From positions 96,001 to 160,000 of the forward strand of contig JAUVXW010000003.1 of assembly GCA_030603385.1 (NCBI GenBank): a DNA stretch of 64,000 nucleotides, read 5' to 3'. Both the position numbers and the translations under genes were made by a program. The notes under the pieces were generated by a model. It ran no database searches. It saw only the letters and a program-made list of their open reading frames with translations, and was not told the origin of the DNA. Shown here in pieces: positions 58,683-64,000 of this stretch (position 1 is the first letter of the stretch; every line of letters begins with the position of its first letter). This DNA is from Promethearchaeota archaeon (GTDB lineage Archaea > Asgardarchaeota > Lokiarchaeia > Sigyniarchaeales > SOKP01).

Positions 58683-59717
58683 ATGTTAAAAACAAATATA
58701 ACTGAAATGTTTGGGATAAAATTTCCGATTTTTTCTGCCCCAATGGGGCCTTTCCATACCGAAAAAGTCGCTGCTGCTGTCTCAGAAGCAGGAGGATTAG
58801 GTGTACTAGCTCATGTTGGGCTTATTGGGGAGAATCCTGTATCTGTAATGAAAGAGAATATGAAATATGTTGTGGAGCACACAGATAAACCTTTTGGGTT
58901 TAACATACGTACAGGTAGAATAGAACAATACTGGTACGATAAGTTAGTAACCGAAATCCCAGAATTTATAATGGACAATCCTAAAATAAAAGAACAATGT
59001 ATATATGCTGTGACAAGTGCAGGTTCATCAAGAATCCTCCCTCAATCTAAAGCCTTTCAAAAATTAAAAAATGTATCTCCGATTAAACATTTTCATGTTG
59101 CTCCAGCTTTTTGGCTAGCTGAGAAATGTGTAAAGTATGGAGTTGATGGATTATGCGTTACGGGTTATGAAGGAGGAGGACATCAGTCTTATGAAGGTGT
59201 TGGAGGTATTGTACTGTTAAATCAAGTTCAACAAGCGTTTCCAGACATACCTAAAATTGCTGCTGGAGGTATTGCTACGGGTATTCAATTAGCTGCTGTT
59301 TTATCTATGGGTTATGGAGGTGTGGTTATGGGTACTCGCTTTATTGCCTCAGAAGAGTGTGGATTTCCTCAAGAATATAAACAGCTTACTATTGATGCTC
59401 AAGCAAAGGATACTGTTATATTGAGAGGGCAATTAGCTAATATACGGTTATATAATAATGACTATGCGAAATCTCATCAGGTTATAGTTACCAAAGAAGA
59501 AAAAATAGCATATGAACAAAGTTTGAGCCAAGAACAAGCTATAGAAAATGCATTAGCCTATGATAAGTTGTATGAAGGAGATATTGTAAACACAGCTATA
59601 CCTATGGGTCAAAGTACTGGCTTAATTCATGATATTAAAGAAGTTACATCTATCATAGAAACTGTTATGAAAGATGCTGAAAATTCAATTAAGAATACTA
59701 TAAAACTATTTAGGTAG
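58683..59717 (+). CDS. Nitronate monooxygenase / FabK-like FMN-dependent enoyl-thioester reductase family protein
   Basis: PIFSAPMG, AAVSEAGGLG, KPFGFN, GYEGGGH, IAAGGI, MGTRF, GQSTGLI. Confidence 0.88.
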   Translation: MLKTNITEMFGIKFPIFSAPMGPFHTEKVAAAVSEAGGLGVLAHVGLIGENPVSVMKENMKYVVEHTDKPFGFNIRTGRIEQYWYDKLVTEIPEFIMDNPKIKEQCIYAVTSAGSSRILPQSKAFQKLKNVSPIKHFHVAPAFWLAEKCVKYGVDGLCVTGYEGGGHQSYEGVGGIVLLNQVQQAFPDIPKIAAGGIATGIQLAAVLSMGYGGVVMGTRFIASEECGFPQEYKQLTIDAQAKDTVILRGQLANIRLYNNDYAKSHQVIVTKEEKIAYEQSLSQEQAIENALAYDKLYEGDIVNTAIPMGQSTGLIHDIKEVTSIIETVMKDAENSIKNTIKLFR

Positions 59718-59725
59718 ATAATACA

Positions 59726-60523
59726 ATGGATTATAAATATATTATTGTTGAAAAGAAAGAACATATTACAATTGTTCGCCTTAACAGGCCAGAAGTAAGA
59801 AATGCAATCAATCCATACGTAAGCCTTGAGTTAGAAGATGCGTTTCATGAGTTTGAAAATGATTCAAATGCATGGATTGCAATCGTGACGGGAGTTGGTG
59901 ATAAAGCATTTTCTGCTGGATTTGATTTAAAATGGGGTGCTACTGCTAGTGTCGAAGAACAAAGAGAAGCCTTTGGTAAACTTAAATACAAGGCAGTTAC
60001 TGGAGGTCTAACCTTTAATCCCAATATTACTAAACCAGTCATAGCTGCTGTAAATGGTTTTGCCTTTGGTGGGGGATTCGAACTTGCATTAGGCTGTGAT
60101 CTTATCATTGCTGCTGAACATGCTGTTTTTTCATTGCCTGAACCATTAGTGGGGCGGGTTCCTACTGAAGGAGGTGTTCATAGATTAGTAAGACAAATTC
60201 CATATCACCTAGCAATGGAAATCCTCTTTACTTATAAACGTATTTCCGCTCAAGAAGGCGTACAACTTGGTTTTGTAAATAAGGTAGTCCCATTAGACCA
60301 GTTAATGGCTGAAACAGAGAAAATGGCAAATGTTATAATGGAGGGTTCACCATTAGCGATTCGAGCGATAAAGCAAATGGCAAATGATGGACTTGAGACA
60401 ACATTGAGAACAGCCTTTTCTACAACGTTCCCTCTATATAGAAAATTTACCCAGTCTCATGATTTCATAGAAGGTCCGAAAGCTTTCTCAGAAAAAAGAA
60501 AACCGAAATGGAAAGGAATCTAA
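59726..60523 (+). CDS. Enoyl-CoA hydratase (CaiD-like), copy 1
   Basis: AFSAGFD, GGGFEL, LPEPLVG, EGPKAFSEKRKP. Confidence 0.92.
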   Translation: MDYKYIIVEKKEHITIVRLNRPEVRNAINPYVSLELEDAFHEFENDSNAWIAIVTGVGDKAFSAGFDLKWGATASVEEQREAFGKLKYKAVTGGLTFNPNITKPVIAAVNGFAFGGGFELALGCDLIIAAEHAVFSLPEPLVGRVPTEGGVHRLVRQIPYHLAMEILFTYKRISAQEGVQLGFVNKVVPLDQLMAETEKMANVIMEGSPLAIRAIKQMANDGLETTLRTAFSTTFPLYRKFTQSHDFIEGPKAFSEKRKPKWKGI

Positions 60524-60558
60524 ATTAGATAGACGTTAAAAAAAGGATGTGAACAAAA

Positions 60559-61350
60559 ATGGATTACAAACATATAATTGTGGAAAAAAAAGAACATCTT
60601 ACAATTGTCACCCTAAATCGACCAGAAGTATTAAATGCACTTCACCCTTATATACAATTAGAACTTGGGCAAGTATTTAATGAATTTGAGGATGATCCAA
60701 ATGCGTGGATTGCCATCTTAACAGGTGTAGGAGAAAAAGCATTTTCTGCTGGTGCTGATTTAAAGTGGGCAGCAACAACTAGTGCCAAAGAACAGAGAGA
60801 AGCTTATGCAAAGGTTAGAAATCAAGCAGGTTACCTTATAAGAAATTTTAGAATTACAAAACCTTTAATCGCTGCCGTAAATGGTCTTGCATTTGGTGGA
60901 GGTTTTGAACTTGCTTTGAGCTGTGATCTTATTATTGCTGCTGAAAACGCTACTTTTTGTCTGCCCGAACCTTTAGTAGGGAGAGTTCCTTCGGGCGGGG
61001 GGATTCATCGATTAGTACGACAAATTCCGTATCATATAGCCATGGACATCCTCTTTACTCGTAAACGCATGTCTGCTCAAGAAGGTGTACAGCTTGATTT
61101 TGTAAGAAAAGTGGTTCCATTCAATCAATTGATTTCTGAAGCTGAGAAAACTGCAAATATAATAATGGAAGGCTCACCTCTATCGATTCGAACAATAAAA
61201 CAAATGGCTAATGATGGACTTGAAATGACATTAAGAGAAGCACTCTTTGCAAATTTTCCACTGTTTACGAAATTTCTCCAATCCCACGATTTCATAGAAG
61301 GACCAAAAGCTTTCTCAGAAAAAAGAAAACCGGTTTGGAAAGGTATTTAA
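60559..61350 (+). CDS. Enoyl-CoA hydratase (CaiD-like), copy 2
   Basis: AFSAGAD, GGGFEL, LPEPLVG; close tandem paralogue of 59726-60523. Confidence 0.92.
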   Translation: MDYKHIIVEKKEHLTIVTLNRPEVLNALHPYIQLELGQVFNEFEDDPNAWIAILTGVGEKAFSAGADLKWAATTSAKEQREAYAKVRNQAGYLIRNFRITKPLIAAVNGLAFGGGFELALSCDLIIAAENATFCLPEPLVGRVPSGGGIHRLVRQIPYHIAMDILFTRKRMSAQEGVQLDFVRKVVPFNQLISEAEKTANIIMEGSPLSIRTIKQMANDGLEMTLREALFANFPLFTKFLQSHDFIEGPKAFSEKRKPVWKGI

Positions 61351-61466
61351 TTATAATGACGTACTTTGTGTAATTATAAAAAGTAAAAGTAGGGTAGCAA
61401 ACTTAACTAAAATTTTTATTTATGAAAATATAAAACTAAAATTAAAAAAAGAAAAGTAAAATTCTT

Positions 61467-62648
61467 ATGACTTTATCTAAACGAGAGAGAATAATACGTT
61501 TTTTAGAACTTGATGATGAACCTGATAAATGCCCAATCTTTACATTTGGCTTTGAAACATCAGGTTGGGGTATGCAACAATATTATAACTCAGAGGAATA
61601 TAAAAAAATCTTGATAAAACCAGAAGAAATAGATTTTGGTCCAGAGAGATTTCGAACCAGAATTGCATGGTTGATTACTCAGATGAACTTTTGGAATGCT
61701 GATTTAGTTATGAGTGACCCCTTTAAAAAGTATCAGAGAAACATTTATCCTATGCCCGAAGGGTATCCTGACGCAGAAAAACATAATTGGAATTGCATTA
61801 GCGGAAGGATTATGAGTGTTGGAATATCTCCTAGAACGGGGAGAGCTCATGAATGGTATGTAGATGGATTTTTTAAAACCAAAGAGAAACTTCATGAGGT
61901 TTGGGATGAATATGGAAAACCCATCGATCGTCTTACTGAAGGGGAGCTTTCTCCTAAATTATGGAAAGAATATGTTGATGGTTTAAGCCCTTATGTATAT
62001 CCTATGGCAAATCTTAGTTTAGCTATGTCAGAATATTTATGTGAAGGTCACACTCATGGTTATGCTATGTATTTAATGCGTAAGGATCCCAAACATATTC
62101 ATTATGTTATGAATGAGTATACTAAAGCTAATGTAGAAACTATAAAGAGATTAGCTGATGCTGGAGTTGAAATCGTTATGTTCCTAGATGATTTAGGTTA
62201 TAAAGGGCGAGGAATTTTTTCACCAAAAAATTTTAAGGAATTTGTTCTTCCTTATTATACACGTCTTTATCAAGCTGCTCGAAAGAGAGGGATGTTTATG
62301 GTTCAGCATAGTTGCGGATACCTACATGATTACCTCCCTCTTATGGCAGATGCTGGATTAAATTGTATTCAAGCAGTACAACCAACCGCAGAAAATGATT
62401 TAGCTTATTTAGTTGATTCACTAGGTGATAAGCTTTCGTTTATGGATTGCCTTGATGATACTCGTGTTTTAGAATTCGGAACACCGAAGGATGTTGAAGA
62501 AGATGTTAAAAAATATATCAGAATTGCTGGACCAACAGGAAATTTCTGCCCTGGACCCACAAATACCGTATTGGACCCTCCATGGGAGAATGTCCTTGCA
62601 TTAATTGCTGCTTTAGAAAAACATCGGAGTTATCCACTAACAGTATAG
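61467..62648 (+). CDS. Uroporphyrinogen decarboxylase/MtaA-like (URO-D/CIMS superfamily) protein
   Basis: DDLG, FSPKNFKEFVLPYY, QHSCG, GTPKDVEEDV, PWENVLA. Confidence 0.85.
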   Translation: MTLSKRERIIRFLELDDEPDKCPIFTFGFETSGWGMQQYYNSEEYKKILIKPEEIDFGPERFRTRIAWLITQMNFWNADLVMSDPFKKYQRNIYPMPEGYPDAEKHNWNCISGRIMSVGISPRTGRAHEWYVDGFFKTKEKLHEVWDEYGKPIDRLTEGELSPKLWKEYVDGLSPYVYPMANLSLAMSEYLCEGHTHGYAMYLMRKDPKHIHYVMNEYTKANVETIKRLADAGVEIVMFLDDLGYKGRGIFSPKNFKEFVLPYYTRLYQAARKRGMFMVQHSCGYLHDYLPLMADAGLNCIQAVQPTAENDLAYLVDSLGDKLSFMDCLDDTRVLEFGTPKDVEEDVKKYIRIAGPTGNFCPGPTNTVLDPPWENVLALIAALEKHRSYPLTV

Positions 62649-62752
62649 ATTTCTTTTAGGCTATTTTTAACCTCATAAGATTTTTTTCTCACTTGATCAA
62701 TCTTCCTGATAAATATATTTCAAATAAGAAAACAAAAATAAAAGAATTAAGT

Positions 62753-64000
62753 TTATTTTTCCTGAATTGGAATATAAAGATCTAATTCAGAATAATCAGA
62801 TTTTAAACTAAATCGCTGGTCATACCATTCAAATTCAGGAGCAAATGGCGATCGATCGTAATTGGGGTTGTTAGGAAGCCAATCTCCGATTATATATCTG
62901 TAAGTTTCACCTAAATTGTTCAATTTTCCAATTAATGTAAAAACAGCATACTTTTGAGCAGGAAATGTTTCAGTTATCATTCCTTCAGGCACATCTTCAA
63001 CTTTGGATACTTCATTACAAACAATAAAACGATTTTCTCCTTTTTCAGCGAGTTCTTTAGTAATTATAGAAATTGCTAATGCATGGGATTGATCTTTGTG
63101 AGGGACTTTAGTAATGAGCCCTTGAAACTTTGGCCATATAGTTGCGGGGTTACGCGTTTCTCTTTTGCCAATGTCGTCTACACCTACCACCTGGAACTTT
63201 TCTTTATCTACAAATGATGGTCCTCTCAAAAATAATTTAAATACGCTTGAAATTTCTTGTTTTTCACCTAAAACTAAATGAACTTTTTCCAGTTCAGTCG
63301 GAATATCGATCATCTGAGGGCACTTTTCAAGGCATTCACCACACTTTATACAAAGAGAAGCATTCCCTTCATCCTCCATCGTTTTTAACTCTTCTTCAGA
63401 TGTTGCTAATGTGTTATATTTGGCTATCTGTTCCTCTTTATTTTCAATCCAAAGAAGTTCGTTTAATAACCTAAAATTTTGAGGGATATTAACTCCAGAG
63501 GGACATGGTTGGCAGTACAAGCAAAATGTACAAGGGATTATTGATTTTTTTCTATAGCGAATAGCCATATCGGAAATTAAATCCAAATCTTCTTGACTTA
63601 AAGTATTAATCCCTGAATTATTTGCACTCTCTATGTTTTCTTTAACCATTTGCATTGAACCCATCCCGGACAATACCACAGAGACACCAGGATGATTCCA
63701 TACATACTGAAGGGCCCAATCTGCCGGAGTTCTTTTTTCAGGGGCTCTTTCGATTAATTCTTCAATCTCCTTTGTTGGGGTTGCTAATTTCCCCCCTTTA
63801 ATCGGCTCCATCACAACAACTGCAATGCCCTTGCCAACAGCATACTCTAATCCTTTTGTAGTTGCTTGAGTGTTATGATCGACAAAATTCCACTGAATTT
63901 GTGACATATCCCAATTATAGTAATCAATGATTTCTTTGAAAACATCAAAGGAGTCATGAAAAGAAAATCCAATTCCTTTAATTTTTCCTTTTGCTTTGGC
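62753..64000 (-). CDS. Aldo/keto reductase with 4Fe-4S dicluster and C-terminal GyrI-like effector-binding domain; 5' end outside the window
   Basis: Frame open to the window edge (GKIKGIGFSFHD), VMEPIKGG, VLSGM, CTFCLYCQPCP, CIKCGECLEKCPQ, then VPEGM...KYAVF...WLP...FEWYD...LYIPI. Confidence 0.9.
   Translation of the reverse strand, partial: AKAKGKIKGIGFSFHDSFDVFKEIIDYYNWDMSQIQWNFVDHNTQATTKGLEYAVGKGIAVVVMEPIKGGKLATPTKEIEELIERAPEKRTPADWALQYVWNHPGVSVVLSGMGSMQMVKENIESANNSGINTLSQEDLDLISDMAIRYRKKSIIPCTFCLYCQPCPSGVNIPQNFRLLNELLWIENKEEQIAKYNTLATSEEELKTMEDEGNASLCIKCGECLEKCPQMIDIPTELEKVHLVLGEKQEISSVFKLFLRGPSFVDKEKFQVVGVDDIGKRETRNPATIWPKFQGLITKVPHKDQSHALAISIITKELAEKGENRFIVCNEVSKVEDVPEGMITETFPAQKYAVFTLIGKLNNLGETYRYIIGDWLPNNPNYDRSPFAPEFEWYDQRFSLKSDYSELDLYIPIQEK

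Noticed and set aside
61467-62648. hemE (true uroporphyrinogen decarboxylase)
   Set aside because: Lacks the N-terminal RQAGR motif of HemE
327-63474. Numerous 60-250 aa ORFs antisense to or overlapping real genes (e.g. 327-1073, 6842-7159, 24072-24509, 42530-42994, 43823-44221, 46090-46464)
   Set aside because: They lie opposite or out of frame to well-supported CDSs, show no recognisable motifs, and look like antisense shadows
1-64000. CRISPR array, rRNA, tRNA, integrase or provirus
   Set aside because: No regularly spaced direct repeats, no GC-rich structured RNA-like segments and no recombinase or viral hallmark ORFs seen by eye; a covariance-model scan was not possible

Overview
AT-rich (roughly 30% GC by eye), gene-dense archaeal DNA, most likely from a Lokiarchaeia/Promethearchaeota (Asgard) genome. 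That assignment is inferred from BRE-TATA promoters, oligo-T terminators, frequent TTG/GTG starts, an IPGx-TM-basic (Loki-CTERM-like) anchor on the solute-binding protein, and heavy paralogous expansion of acyl-CoA enzymes. The window is mostly a lipid/acyl-CoA catabolism neighbourhood: acyl-CoA dehydrogenase, 5 crotonase-fold proteins, 3 thiolases, 3 tandem double-hotdog (R)-hydratases, SDRs, a FadH-like reductase, 3 acyl-CoA ligases, several esterases and two soluble Mo/W-bisPGD enzyme pairs. It also holds pyrG, an Opp/Dpp-type ABC importer, a decayed ISL3-like transposase and a HEPN-MNT toxin-antitoxin islet. Most notable: (1) an Opp-type importer whose two ATPases carry large extra polytopic membrane domains, next to an AbrB-like DNA-binding domain fused to an apparently inactive acyl-CoA ligase, with a TTAC-N4-GTAA palindrome repeated in their promoters (candidate new sensor-regulator plus importer regulon); (2) FATP-type ligases fused to winged-helix and SCP2 domains; (3) a catalytically dead thiolase paired with an active paralogue; (4) a 950-aa protein with three gapless 148-aa repeats; (5) an RHH-DUF5678-retropepsin fusion beside the scar of a deleted HEPN-MNT copy. 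I recognised no rRNA, tRNA or CRISPR array. All calls come from reading motifs by eye; no database searches were run.
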